NCBI GenBank assembly: GCA_964549615.1
Contig: CAZJVP010000020.1
Coordinates: 192,001-256,000, forward strand
Length of the DNA stretch: 64,000 nucleotides
Direction: 5' to 3'
Origin: an uncultured Thermococci archaeon
GTDB lineage: Archaea > CAYQAE01 > CAYVLA01
The position numbers and the translations under genes are program-made. The notes beneath the pieces were generated by a model that saw nothing but the letters and a program-made list of their open reading frames with translations, was not told where the DNA came from and made no database searches. Shown here piece after piece: positions 36,386-47,300 of the stretch (position 1 is its first letter; the number at the start of each line of letters is the position of its first letter).

Positions 36386-37801
36386 TTGAAATCCGGAAGA
36401 CTGAATGGTACGGGCCGGGCCCCGAATACCGAGGGCGTCAAGACGCTTCTAGGCGATCCAAGGGGCGCCGTCATCCGGCTTGCCCTTCCGATGATCGTCG
36501 CGATGTCCGTCCAGACTTCGTACAACTTCGTCGATGCCATATGGGTCGCCGGGCTTGGTCCGGATGCGCTCGCGGCAGTGGGCTTCGTGTTCCCATTCTT
36601 CTTCATGGCCACCGCGCTGTCCGCCGGGCTTGGCATCGGCGGCGGCTCAGCGGTGTCCAGAAGGATCGGCGCCCGGGACAAGGAGGGCGCGGACAACGTT
36701 GCGGTTCACAGCATCGTCATCATGCTTCTGGTCTCGACCACTCTGACCGTGCCATTCATCCTTTTTGCCCGCACCATGTTCGTGGGGATCGGCGCGGGAA
36801 CGACGGCTGACATGGCGGTTTCCTACGCAAGGATCATATTCGGGGGAATCGTCATCATCTTCTTCAACAACATCGTCGGGGCGCTTTTGAGGGCCGAGGG
36901 TGACGCAAAGCGGTCGATGTACGCCATCGTATTGGGCGCTGGGACGAACGCCGTCCTTGACCCCATCTTCATCTACTCCATGGGGTTCGGCGTCGCGGGC
37001 GCTGCGTGGGCCACGGTCGTATCGATGGCGCTCACCTTCGCGCTCCTCTCCTTCTGGATCTTCGTAAGGAAGGACACGTACGTGTCCTTTCGGTTCCACC
37101 GCTTTCGCATCGACCGCTCCATACTAGCCGACATCTTGAGGGTGGGCATTCCGGCCTCGTTCATCCAGCTGGAGATGTCGTTCATGATGCTGATCATGAA
37201 CATCATAACGGTGAACGTCGGCGGCACCGACGGGGTAGCCATATTCGCAGGCGGGTGGAGGGTCGTAACGCTGGGCACGATGCCGCTGATGGGGATCTCG
37301 ACGGCGGTCGTGTCCATCTCGGGAGCTTCCTTCGGCGCCCGCGACTACAAGAAGCTCGATGCCGCGTACATGTACGCAATAAAGATCGGTTTGGTCATCG
37401 AAACCTCCATCGCGGTAGCCACCTTCGTCCTCGCACCGCAGATCACGGCGCTCTTCACGATGGCCGAGGAGGCGGGAAGGATTCGGGAAGGATTCGTGCT
37501 TTTCCTCAGGACGGCCTGCATCTTCTATCCCGGGGTCGCATTCGGCATGTTCTCTTCAGCAATGTTCCAAGGCATCGGACGCGGCGTCTACGCCCTGGTT
37601 GTGACGAGCCTGAGGACCCTCGCGCTCTCGCCCGTTCTGGCGACGGTCTTTGCGATCGTTCTGGGTGCGGGACTGCCGGGTGTATGGCGCGGCGTAGCAG
37701 CGGGGAATCTGACGGGATCCGCCATCGGCTACGCCTGGGCGAAGACCCACATCAGAGGGCTCATCAGGAGTTCCCGTCCCCTTCCCGAAGCTCAGCGGTA
37801 G
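36386..37801 (+). CDS. MATE family efflux transporter
   Basis: LALPMI..M.VQ..YN.VD.IWV.GLG..ALAA, LRAEGD.KR.M, N.VLDPIFI...G.GVAGAAWAT, GA..Y; about 12 TM. Confidence 0.95.
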   Translation: MKSGRLNGTGRAPNTEGVKTLLGDPRGAVIRLALPMIVAMSVQTSYNFVDAIWVAGLGPDALAAVGFVFPFFFMATALSAGLGIGGGSAVSRRIGARDKEGADNVAVHSIVIMLLVSTTLTVPFILFARTMFVGIGAGTTADMAVSYARIIFGGIVIIFFNNIVGALLRAEGDAKRSMYAIVLGAGTNAVLDPIFIYSMGFGVAGAAWATVVSMALTFALLSFWIFVRKDTYVSFRFHRFRIDRSILADILRVGIPASFIQLEMSFMMLIMNIITVNVGGTDGVAIFAGGWRVVTLGTMPLMGISTAVVSISGASFGARDYKKLDAAYMYAIKIGLVIETSIAVATFVLAPQITALFTMAEEAGRIREGFVLFLRTACIFYPGVAFGMFSSAMFQGIGRGVYALVVTSLRTLALSPVLATVFAIVLGAGLPGVWRGVAAGNLTGSAIGYAWAKTHIRGLIRSSRPLPEAQR

Positions 37802-39246
37802 CAGACTGCCACCGTACACCCGTCGTCGAACTCCGGCGGGAGCATGTAGCCCCAAGCCGAAGGACTCTCCTTCCTGCCGTCCACCTTCACCTCCGGCCGG
37901 GATCCGCCCTTCCAAGAAACCTCGAGGTAGAAGCGCTTCCCCGCATAGGTCAGGGGAGAAACCGTCCTCAGAGCGCCCATGCCTTCCAGCCGCATCGGGG
38001 CGATCAAGAGCCCTTCCGCACGGGGGCTCAGCCCGAGCACTCCCTCCACGAGGAGGGTGAAGATCGACCCGTAGTTGCCGATCTCAGGAGACCAGTCCTT
38101 GTTCGACGTTCCGTCGGGATAGATGTTGTTGTGGATCGTTCCCTCCTTCAGCTCATAGTCCACGATCGCTTTAAACATGCGCGTTGCCTTCCTGGTGTAG
38201 CCAGAACGCAGCCGCGCCACCGCTGCGTGTGCGCCCAGCGTCAGCCAGATGTCCCCGTCGGTGACGGTGTGGCCGTAGTTCATCCGCCGCGCCGCATTGC
38301 GGGGAAGGTAGTTGGTAAGCACAGGATAGGGCTCCTCTATTTCGGGATGCTCGTCCACGTAGGACCAGATCCTTGCTGACTGTTCAGGCGTGGCGACTTT
38401 CCAGAGAATGGAGAAGTAGTTCGCCGTGGACTCGAAGTAGGCTTCGCCGTAGATTCGACGGCCCGCGCCGTCGTTCCCGTGAAGGAAGTGGCCCTTTGGG
38501 TCCCACCAGAAGCCTCCCTCCCGGGCGTCGCGGCGGAACTGCGACCTGATCTCCTCGACGATCTCCCGGTATCGGTCTCGCATCCTCTTCCTCTTGAGCA
38601 GGGCCTCGACCTCCGAAAGAAGGTCGAGACACTGGACCATGCAGACGTTGTTGTTCGAGTTATCGGCATGCCAATTTGTATTCTCGGTCCAGTCGCCCTC
38701 GATCCCCGACTCGATGAGCGAAGGATTGTAGGCCGGCCTCAGGCTCTCGAGTATGAAGTCCGTGCTACGCTCGACCGCCTTGAGCTTCTCGGTTCTGAAC
38801 CACTTCCTGTCCCGGGTGTAGAGGAAGAACTCCAAGATCATCTTCGCCCAGCATATGATGTTGTCTAGGCAGTAGTCCTCCCCGTGCACGCCTCCGTATG
38901 TGCGGTACTCCACGCGCTTCTCCCCCTGCCTGTACCCGATCCTTCCATCGTCGTCGATGGGAACGCAGTGAGGAAGGAGGCCTGTCCCGGGTTCCGTATG
39001 GGAAAGTCCCTCGTCGAGGGTCTTCCTCATGATGTCGTGCACGGCAGCTCCCACCAGCGGTGTCATGTCATGTATGCCACACCAGGTGTTCCAGCCCCAT
39101 ATGCCGACCGGCTTCTTGCCCCTGGCCTCATCCACGTGAACCTCGCAGAAACGCCCTCGGTGGGTCAGGTGCTTGAGGAAGACGCTTTCGACCCTGCTCG
39201 GTATGTGGTCGAGCCACTTGACATCGGAGTCGAGGAAGGCTGACAT
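37792..39246 (-). CDS. Probable (alpha/alpha)6-barrel glycoside hydrolase (GH78/GH63/GH116-like)
   Basis: EFFLYT.D..W, GDW.E, N..M...L..L.E, I...F...FW, Y...G.IW, VEGVLGL.P...GL.I.P. No signal peptide. Confidence 0.6.
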   Translation of the reverse strand: MSAFLDSDVKWLDHIPSRVESVFLKHLTHRGRFCEVHVDEARGKKPVGIWGWNTWCGIHDMTPLVGAAVHDIMRKTLDEGLSHTEPGTGLLPHCVPIDDDGRIGYRQGEKRVEYRTYGGVHGEDYCLDNIICWAKMILEFFLYTRDRKWFRTEKLKAVERSTDFILESLRPAYNPSLIESGIEGDWTENTNWHADNSNNNVCMVQCLDLLSEVEALLKRKRMRDRYREIVEEIRSQFRRDAREGGFWWDPKGHFLHGNDGAGRRIYGEAYFESTANYFSILWKVATPEQSARIWSYVDEHPEIEEPYPVLTNYLPRNAARRMNYGHTVTDGDIWLTLGAHAAVARLRSGYTRKATRMFKAIVDYELKEGTIHNNIYPDGTSNKDWSPEIGNYGSIFTLLVEGVLGLSPRAEGLLIAPMRLEGMGALRTVSPLTYAGKRFYLEVSWKGGSRPEVKVDGRKESPSAWGYMLPPEFDDGCTVAVCYR

Positions 39247-39342
39247 GGTGACCGAGGCGGATCAGGACGGGTTCGGCAGATTAATGGTTCGAAGCCCGCC
39301 CCCATCGCAAATAAGACCCAGACCGCCCAAGCACCATGCCGG

Positions 39343-41322
39343 TTAAGTCCTGTGTGCGCCTAGGCGCCGGCGGATCCTAGGCAGAATGCACCCGAGCCCC
39401 ACGAAGGCCATCGACGCGACCGGGGCGGTCTCCGGGATCTGGGATTGGCACTCGGCAAGTTTCAGTCTAAGCTCCTCCGACAACCTCTCCAGCTCTTCCT
39501 TCTCAAGCTCCAGTCTCGCTGCACTCTGGTTGAGGTACGTGAGCTGGGAGCTCAAGAGCTCGATCTGCAACTGAAGGCTCAGCGTCAGGTTCACGTAGGT
39601 TGCGAGGCTATCCAGCAGGGCTGCGTTTTCCTGGGAAAGGGTCGATACCTGGTCGATGAGCTGCGACCTTTCCTGGCGCAGGTGGTCGATGGTTGCGGAG
39701 AGTTGCGCCCTTTCCGCCTCGAGCAGGCCGATCCTGGCCGACAGATTCAAGTTCTCGTCTAAGGCCTGGAATAGCAGCAAGGTCAGATCGACAACCCTGC
39801 CCTCAAGCTCCAAGATGCTTTGTTCAAGCCGCGCCACCTCCCTGCCCAGCCTCTCCAACTCCTCCTCGCACCAGGACGGAAGGATCGTGAAAAGTGCTTG
39901 GGCCGGCGTCGGGTCCTCAAGGCCTTTGTTATCGGTGGACTTGACCGAGAAGATGTGGCTTCCGGAGCTCAGGTTCTGATACGTCACGCTCGTGGCCGTC
40001 GTCGTCACCCATGGCGAGTCATCGAGGCGGTACTGGTAGGAGACGACGTAGCCGTCGACATCGCTTCCCTGCCAGATGAAGGTCGCGTCGCGCTGCCTCG
40101 TGGTCGCATTGGGTGCCACGACTATCAGGGTCTCGGGAGGACTGTTGATCAGGACCGTGAAATCGCAGTAGTCGGGGAGCGGATCCCAGATGCCGTCCTC
40201 GTCCTCGGCCGCGACCTGGAACCTGTGCGTTCCGTTGGACAGGCCCGTGAAGGTCTTGGTGGTCTCCACGGTGAAGACCCACGGCCCTGCGTCCATCCTG
40301 TAATGGTAGCCCGTGACCGATCCGTCGAGGTCGGACCCCGTCCAGGAGAAGCGCACCGTTGCGTTTTCAACCGTTGCCGGGGGCCGTTCGGTGATCCAGG
40401 TATCCGGAGCAATGGCGGCGTAGGGAGGATAGACGTAGAACGGTGGACTTGAATGCCTGTACAGCCCCACCTCGGCATCCACATAGTAGGGGTGCGTGTA
40501 GTTGGCCGGGAAGGTGGAGGAGTTCACAGGTATGGTGCTGCGTGCCTCCCACTTCCCATCCCCCACGTAGTAAACAGGAACGATGTAGGTCGCGATCGTG
40601 GTCCCGTCGGTCCTGTTCCAGCGCACCCGCGCGACCGACGATCCAGTGTCGTTGCCCGAGGGCTCGATCAGAACGATTGCGGTGAAAAAGGTCGAAGGTA
40701 TCGGGATGGGATCATCGACGAAGAAGGGGCTAGACCTGCCCAGTTGGTCCACGACCGAGATGGGGTCCCACCCGCCCGCAAACAGCTCGAAGAAGAGCCA
40801 AGGCACGTTCGGGTTGCCGTCGGGCCTGGTCCAGTTAGATCCGCCCGACAGCGTCCCGGTCAGGTTGATCCTCACCTGGTAGATCGCCGGAATGCCTTCG
40901 GGGTCGAAGGTCGCCACGAAGAGGTGGTAGGTATACTGACCAACCGTCTGTTTGCTGGAAAGGAAGATCGTGTGCGTCCAACAAGGCACCGATCCGGGAA
41001 AGAGATGGCCGGTGGAGTTGAAGCCGTTGGAGGCACTCACGTTCCTGTAGACGATGAAGGTCGCATTGACCCGGTCGCTCGGGTCGGCACTCCTGATCAC
41101 GTATGCGATGTTGACCTTGGAATGTCGGTAGGTCAGGTTCAGCTTGTTGCTAGCCGTGTCATTGTACTGGCCCCATGTGGATGCTGGGAAGCCGTCCTCT
41201 TTTATCCAGACCTTCTCGGGCTGGAGGTAGTCCGGGGGAAGCGGAGGGAGGGCCTGGGGAAAGGATCCCTGTTGGGCCAGCAAGGCGGTCAAGATGATGA
41301 CGAGGATCTTGCCGGTTCTCAC
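39343..41322 (-). CDS. Secreted surface protein: two Y_Y_Y/FN3-like domains, long coiled coil, PEF-CTERM-like anchor
   Basis: Signal peptide; two PDT.I...P..F.W.GSD.DG.V..Y.YR.D...W...L..G.H.F.V...D..G..DP.P repeats; heptad-rich ~140 aa; IPE-hydrophobic-RRR C-terminus; many N-x-S/T sites. Confidence 0.8.
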   Translation of the reverse strand: MRTGKILVIILTALLAQQGSFPQALPPLPPDYLQPEKVWIKEDGFPASTWGQYNDTASNKLNLTYRHSKVNIAYVIRSADPSDRVNATFIVYRNVSASNGFNSTGHLFPGSVPCWTHTIFLSSKQTVGQYTYHLFVATFDPEGIPAIYQVRINLTGTLSGGSNWTRPDGNPNVPWLFFELFAGGWDPISVVDQLGRSSPFFVDDPIPIPSTFFTAIVLIEPSGNDTGSSVARVRWNRTDGTTIATYIVPVYYVGDGKWEARSTIPVNSSTFPANYTHPYYVDAEVGLYRHSSPPFYVYPPYAAIAPDTWITERPPATVENATVRFSWTGSDLDGSVTGYHYRMDAGPWVFTVETTKTFTGLSNGTHRFQVAAEDEDGIWDPLPDYCDFTVLINSPPETLIVVAPNATTRQRDATFIWQGSDVDGYVVSYQYRLDDSPWVTTTATSVTYQNLSSGSHIFSVKSTDNKGLEDPTPAQALFTILPSWCEEELERLGREVARLEQSILELEGRVVDLTLLLFQALDENLNLSARIGLLEAERAQLSATIDHLRQERSQLIDQVSTLSQENAALLDSLATYVNLTLSLQLQIELLSSQLTYLNQSAARLELEKEELERLSEELRLKLAECQSQIPETAPVASMAFVGLGCILPRIRRRLGAHRT

Positions 41323-41489
41323 GTCCAGTCTACCCCTATATACGTACTTACCTCAGGCTTATAATCCTATGGCCGTCCACGGCCCTGGTCTGGCGAACGT
41401 CATAGCGACCACGCGGTTCCTCGAGGTCGAATCACCTCCCCGGGCGGGCGTGGGATCCATTTATCTCCGCTCCGCATGGCGGCGGGCCC

Positions 41490-44396
41490 ATGACCAGCTC
41501 AACGCCGCGAGCCAAGTGGAACCGCCAGCTTTCGCCCTATGCGATCATGGGAGACGTCAACTGTTGCGACCTGAAAGGAGATGGCCGGCTCCAGATCCTG
41601 GTCGCGACAAGCGATGACGGGTGCCTGCACTGCTTGAACGGAGATGGGAGCGATGCTTGGATCTTTCAGCCAAGGGGGGAAAGGCTTGCAAGCACGATCT
41701 CGGTCTGCGAGCCCGACGCCCGTGACCCGGCTAAGCTCGTGCTGGCCGCATCGAGAGCACGGTCTCTGTTTGCCCTCGAAGGCGATGGCAGGGTTAGGTG
41801 GTGCCGATCGCTGCCGGCCTTCTCCATCTTCGGCGGGCCGACCGCTGCGGGGCCCCCTGGCTCCCAGATGATACTCCTAGGCGGCGACGGGGGAAGGCTT
41901 TTCTGCCTGGACACCGAGGGTCGCCTGCTTTGGCTATACAGGGCGAAAGGCCCCATCCATCAGGGAGCCTCCGCCGGCGATGTCGATGGAAACGGCCGGA
42001 CCGAGATCTTCTTCGGAAGCCAAGACACCTACCTCTACAGCCTCCGCGACGACGGAAGCCTGAGGTGGAGGTACAAGACGCGCAGCATCGGGGATGGCAT
42101 CGCGTCGAGGCCCATGATGGGTGACATCGACCTCGACGGCAGGATAGAGGTCGTCTTCGGCTCCTGGGATCACCACGTCTACTGTCTAGAAGCCTTGACG
42201 GGCCAGCTCAGGTGGGAGAAGGAGCTCAAGGGACGGATCCGGAGCGGCCTGGCGATGGCCGACCTGGACCGCGATGGCAAGCAGGAGATCCTGGCGGGAG
42301 ACGTTTTCGGGCTGGCTTGTCTCGACAGCGAGGGGACGCCGATGTGGGAGTTCCGATCCCAGGGAGAGGAAATGGTCGTTGCCGTTCCTCCGGTGATTGG
42401 CGATGTGGATGGCGACGGGGAGCCTGATATCGTATTCGGCACGCAAAGCGGCTCCATCTACGCCCTCACCGGCGAAGGCAGGCTGATCTGGAGCATCCCG
42501 CTGGGCGAGGACCAGATCCAAGCAGCCCCACTTATTGCAGATGTGGATGGCGACGGATACCTAGAGGTCGTGTACGCAACGGCGATGGGGCGTGTTGTCT
42601 GCCTGGAAACTAGGGGGAGCCGTTACCCCTCCCCTCCCTGGCCCCAGGGGGGCAGGACCCCCAGCCTCAACCCCGTCCTGATCCCCGAAGGGGCCGGCCG
42701 GGCCAAGACGAGCACGCTTTGCCTTGGCGATCCGGTGACTGTTGAGCCTGCCTTCGACGGCGGGATCGCCCTTTCCCCCGAAAAGGAATCCGTAGGGAGG
42801 TCGGGAGTGAGGATATGGTGGGATGTGCGGCCCGAGCAGGCTAGCCTTAAGGAGGCGTCACCGGTCCATCTCTACATGGAATCCCCCGACCCGGATCGTC
42901 CGGTCAGGGGAGAGCTTGCCGTGACCATTGGCGGGAAGCGCCGCGCCGCCGTGCTGAGGGCGGCGGTTTCACCTCCCTCGGGCAGCCTTGTCGCGAGGGT
43001 TGGCCTGGGCGGACTTCCGCCCCGACTAGAGCGCTCTACGATTTCGGTGGAATACAAACCCATGACCGGCGATGGCGAGCGAGGGCCCGACCTAATCGTC
43101 AGACGCATCGCTAGGAGGGGGCTTCTTGCCAGAGCAAGGAAGCTCAGGAAGCAACTTGAGGAGCTTGACAGGAGGCCGAGGCAACCGTGGGAAGATCTGA
43201 CGAGAGCTCTCGTCTACAAATGTCTGGCGTACGCAGAGACGGATGCTAGGGGGCAGGACCTCGGGCGGGCGGATACCATGCTCTCGGAGCTCGAGGAACA
43301 GATAAGGCAGAGAGGGTACAGCTGGGATCCTCCCGCCAAGCCCCCGTCCCGCAGGGTGACCGTGGATGAGGAGGGCAGGGTTCTCGTCGATCGCAGACCC
43401 TTCTTCCCCCTGGGTCTGTACAACGTCAGCGAGGCTGAAGATGTCCGCAGATTGTCCGAGCTTGGCTTCAACACGATCTTCAACGCCGGAAGCGCGGATT
43501 TCCTGTCCGCATGCGATGACGCAAATATGATGGTCATCGGACACGGGCCGGGCGAGAACATACAGGACTTCTCAAGCCTGAGCAGGATACGAAAGTACAT
43601 GGAGGACCTGTACTGGCGGCCTTGCCTCCTCGCCTGGTACCTCGTCGACGAACCGTCCTTGAGGAACGTTCCGGTCGATGTGATCCGGAGGGCCAGCGAG
43701 CTTGTGAAAATGATCGACCCGCACCATCTGACCCTCATATGCGATGGCGCCCCGCACCGGAGCAAGCCCTACCAGGCCCTAGCCGACGTGGCTTCGCCGG
43801 CCTACTACCCGATATGGAAGCAGCACTCCGTCACGCTGGTAGCGCGGTGCGTGGACGAGACGGTTGCCTCGGTCAGGGCCGACCAACCAGTTTGGTTCGT
43901 GGTTCAGGCATGGACGTGGAGGAACATAAGGTTTCCAACGGTCCAAGAGGAGAGGTGCATGACCTATCTCGCCGTGATCCACGGTGCCAGGGGGATCTCG
44001 TGGTACGCATACAAGTACCCCGACAAGCAGGTGTTGATGTCTGTGTACGAGAACGCCCCTGAGCTTTGGCAAGAGATCCTCCGTGAGGTGAGAGAGCTTC
44101 GGGAGCTTGCGCCCGTGCTCATGGGGAGACGCCCTGAGGTGCACGTCGACGAGGACGGCCCAGCACGCGTCGACTGGTGCGTTGTGGAGAGGGACGACCA
44201 GGTTGTGTTGATGGTCTGCAACCCCACCAAGGTTCAGGTCACGCACGCCTTCGATGTCGGGGACATGGACGGCGTCGAGGTCCTCTGGGAGGGACGCTTC
44301 ATCGGCGATGTCCGCGGGGCCTTGCGGGACACCATTGGGCCCATGTCAGTTCGGATCTATCGCGGGAGAAGGCCGGGTGCCAGCGGCGTCACCTGA
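41490..44396 (+). CDS. PQQ-like/FG-GAP beta-propeller fused to a glycoside-hydrolase-like TIM barrel
   Basis: Repeated GD.DGDG..EI.FGS.D..YCL...G...W units; C-terminal PFFPLGLY, LGFNT, LLAWYLVDEP, DP.H, PVW.V.Q, YLA.IHGARG..WY. Confidence 0.75.
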   Translation: MTSSTPRAKWNRQLSPYAIMGDVNCCDLKGDGRLQILVATSDDGCLHCLNGDGSDAWIFQPRGERLASTISVCEPDARDPAKLVLAASRARSLFALEGDGRVRWCRSLPAFSIFGGPTAAGPPGSQMILLGGDGGRLFCLDTEGRLLWLYRAKGPIHQGASAGDVDGNGRTEIFFGSQDTYLYSLRDDGSLRWRYKTRSIGDGIASRPMMGDIDLDGRIEVVFGSWDHHVYCLEALTGQLRWEKELKGRIRSGLAMADLDRDGKQEILAGDVFGLACLDSEGTPMWEFRSQGEEMVVAVPPVIGDVDGDGEPDIVFGTQSGSIYALTGEGRLIWSIPLGEDQIQAAPLIADVDGDGYLEVVYATAMGRVVCLETRGSRYPSPPWPQGGRTPSLNPVLIPEGAGRAKTSTLCLGDPVTVEPAFDGGIALSPEKESVGRSGVRIWWDVRPEQASLKEASPVHLYMESPDPDRPVRGELAVTIGGKRRAAVLRAAVSPPSGSLVARVGLGGLPPRLERSTISVEYKPMTGDGERGPDLIVRRIARRGLLARARKLRKQLEELDRRPRQPWEDLTRALVYKCLAYAETDARGQDLGRADTMLSELEEQIRQRGYSWDPPAKPPSRRVTVDEEGRVLVDRRPFFPLGLYNVSEAEDVRRLSELGFNTIFNAGSADFLSACDDANMMVIGHGPGENIQDFSSLSRIRKYMEDLYWRPCLLAWYLVDEPSLRNVPVDVIRRASELVKMIDPHHLTLICDGAPHRSKPYQALADVASPAYYPIWKQHSVTLVARCVDETVASVRADQPVWFVVQAWTWRNIRFPTVQEERCMTYLAVIHGARGISWYAYKYPDKQVLMSVYENAPELWQEILREVRELRELAPVLMGRRPEVHVDEDGPARVDWCVVERDDQVVLMVCNPTKVQVTHAFDVGDMDGVEVLWEGRFIGDVRGALRDTIGPMSVRIYRGRRPGASGVT

Positions 44397-47300
44397 CCCT
44401 CTTGTACTCCGTCCTGCCCATATAGAAGAGCTTCGCGTACGCCCAGAAGCTGACGCTTCTCTCTGCCCGGTTGCGGAGTCTGAACTCCAAGACCTGGAAC
44501 GACTTGGGTGGGATGTGGAACGCCTGAACAGGAGGGGTCATCTCGGCGATGGAGTAGTCCCCGACCTCATTTCGGGCCCAGAGCTCAGGGGGCACGATCA
44601 GAGCGACTCCTCCGTCGACCCGCTCGTTGTAGGGGTTCTCGATTCTTACGGCAACGCGGTCGTCCTGGTGGAAGACCGACCACGTGACTGCCCTTTCGAT
44701 CTGGACTTTGAGGACATCCTGGTAGACCGACCCACCCCCGGTGTAGGTCAGCTTGCTCTGCTCACCGACCTCGATGACGTCCTCGTAGGTCTGCCCATCG
44801 TGAGTAATCCTGGCCCTGAACAATCCAGTTCTCCTCAATCCCGAGAAGGATAGAACGACATCGTACGATCTGTGGCTAAGCGGGGGGAGATCATACCAGA
44901 TCGTCTCGGGCTCAACACGCCAGCCGGCAGGAGCCTCCATGACGATGCGACCCGATATGGGGCGGTCGACGTAGTTGTTGACGAGGCTCACCGCAAGCCG
45001 GTTGATCGTCGTGCCTCTCCCCCCCGCCTCCGTGATGGGAGACCCCTGGATGGAAAGAGCGACCGCCTGGTAACCGATGGGAGCGGGTCCTAGGTTCTCC
45101 TTCCAATATCGCGTGTATATCGGCTGAACGGCCTCGACCACTTCCGGCCCGACAGCCGCGGGCGCAGCCGGGGCAACGAGCTTGACCTCGAAGGTCTCAA
45201 CCGAGAACGGCTCAAAGGATGCCGCGAACGAGTTGCCTCGTGCGTCCAGAGAGGCCTGTCGGTTCTCCAAGAGGTCGGTCCTCCACGCACCCTCCACCGG
45301 AAGCCACACCTTGAACACCGAATCCACCCGCTTTCCTTCCGCCTCATAAGCCCTGATGACCACTCCCTTGGATGGATCGGAGGCTCGGGCTTGGAAGGCT
45401 GCAACCGGATTCCCCACCGGCTTGCACGCCGTGACCACAACGTTTTCGGATGAGACCTCCAAGAACGAATGCACGGGCGGCAGGGACCCCTTGTGTGGGC
45501 TCGCCTGACAGCAAAACAGTGGGACGTTGTACTCCCATCCCAGCCGGTAGGAACCCGCCTCCCGCCAGCTACCAGCATGAGGATAGAGCGCATACTGGAA
45601 AACGTGGTCCTTCCTTTCCGGGATGAATTCCTCCTCGAGATGCACCCTTGACCAGTTTGAGGTGTGGGTCAAAAAGAGGGACATCGTTCCCTCAGGCTCG
45701 ACCGTGTTCGCCATGTTCCCCCTGTTCAGAACCGTGAGGCCATAGTCCTCAACCTTGACGGGACCCAGATGATTGGCGTGCTGGGGTATGATCAAGTCGC
45801 CTGACCGCAGCCCGTCGACGAGGAAATCGATGGCCTTCTCCAACTGCTGGGAATCGCTGGCCTCCACGATGAGCACCGGCACGGCGTTCCACCCCGGCGG
45901 GACGTTGCGGTCGGCGACGACGAGGAAGTCGAAGCCCAGCCTCTGCACCCTATCGGTGAAGCCCTCAAGCGTGGGCTTGTCAAGGCCACGCAACAGCGAG
46001 ATGGAATAGGAATTGTTCGCCCCGACGCCGACGGAGATCCTAAAGTTAGTGTTTGGGAGGTCTTCGTTCATGGATCGGGCTTCCGTGGAGTCCGCATGGA
46101 CCAGCTTCGTCCTCCTCGGGGCGTCATCGTCATCAAACCACGGGGTCGTGAGCACCCCCCTATTGGCGAGCGCGCGCTGGAGGCGGGCGGATAGAATCTG
46201 CACCTCCTTGGAGTGCGGCGTCACGAGTAGAACAGACCCCAGGGGACAGGACGAGACGGTGCGGGCCTCGTAGTCGACGAACCTGATCTTCGTCGTGGAG
46301 CCCAGATCGAAGAAGTTCTGGGACGAATGTATGACGCAGTCCGAGTACGCGTCGCCCCGCCATGTCTTGTAGTCGAATTGCTTCCTTCCCCTGTGTTTGA
46401 CGATCGCGCCGAACCTTTCCTCGTAGGTCGGCACGGAACCCGCGATGTCCGTCGGAAATAGGGCGACGAAGAGGTCGTCCTTTCCGCGGTAGTCCCTTAT
46501 CTCGGTCCTGAAATCTATCATCTTCAGGCCCTTCCTCAGGACTATCTCGCGGACGACCTCGCAATGCTCTCCGACCCTTCCCGTCACACGGATCCTGGAC
46601 GTTGGGCCGCATTCCTGCACGCTGACGTCGACCGGGAAGCGGTCAGAGAACATCATCTCGCCGGTCGTGTAGAGCTCCCACGAGGGCTCGTTCCGATCGC
46701 CCTTCTCCTTCAGGATGGCAATCTCATTTGCCAGATGGGGGCTCGCAGGGGGAACGACCTCCTTGCCAGTTTCCTTGTCGAGAATGCTTCGAATCCCACC
46801 TCCCCTGTTCGGGTCAACGGTGAGCTTGTAGAACTCGTTCTCGATGCTCAGCTCCCCTCCTTTCGCCGCCCATCTGGGCAACGATCGCCTGTCCAACGGC
46901 CGTACCTGGTACGTCGCATACCCCATCGACGGGATGTCCTGCGCAACGAACTCGATCTCGGCCGACCGTATACCCTTTTCATCCTCCTCGGTACTCAGAA
47001 CGCAAAACGGCTGCTCCCTGCCCTTCGGGTCTAGGAGGGCGAAGGATGCCACGGGCTTCTGGAAGGTGATCCTGGCCTTTGCCACGCTTGTCCTAGTCCA
47101 GTTCAGTGCGTTGAAGACCATAAGTGGCGTTCCCTCGCAAGCAGACAGATCAGCCTTGGAGGCAATGTGATCGAGTGCACGCGCGATGCACTGGTGGATC
47201 AGCCCGAGGGCTTCCCTGTATCCCTGAAGCATATCCAGGTAGGACTTGTCGCAGGAGGTGCCGGTTATGGCATCGTGGTGAGAATTGAAGAGCAACTGCC

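Noticed and set aside
35072-38379. Long alternative ORFs 35072..36385 (minus) and 37006..38379 (plus)
   Set aside because: Overlap well-supported genes in other frames; Arg/Gly/His-rich composition typical of off-frame GC-rich translation.
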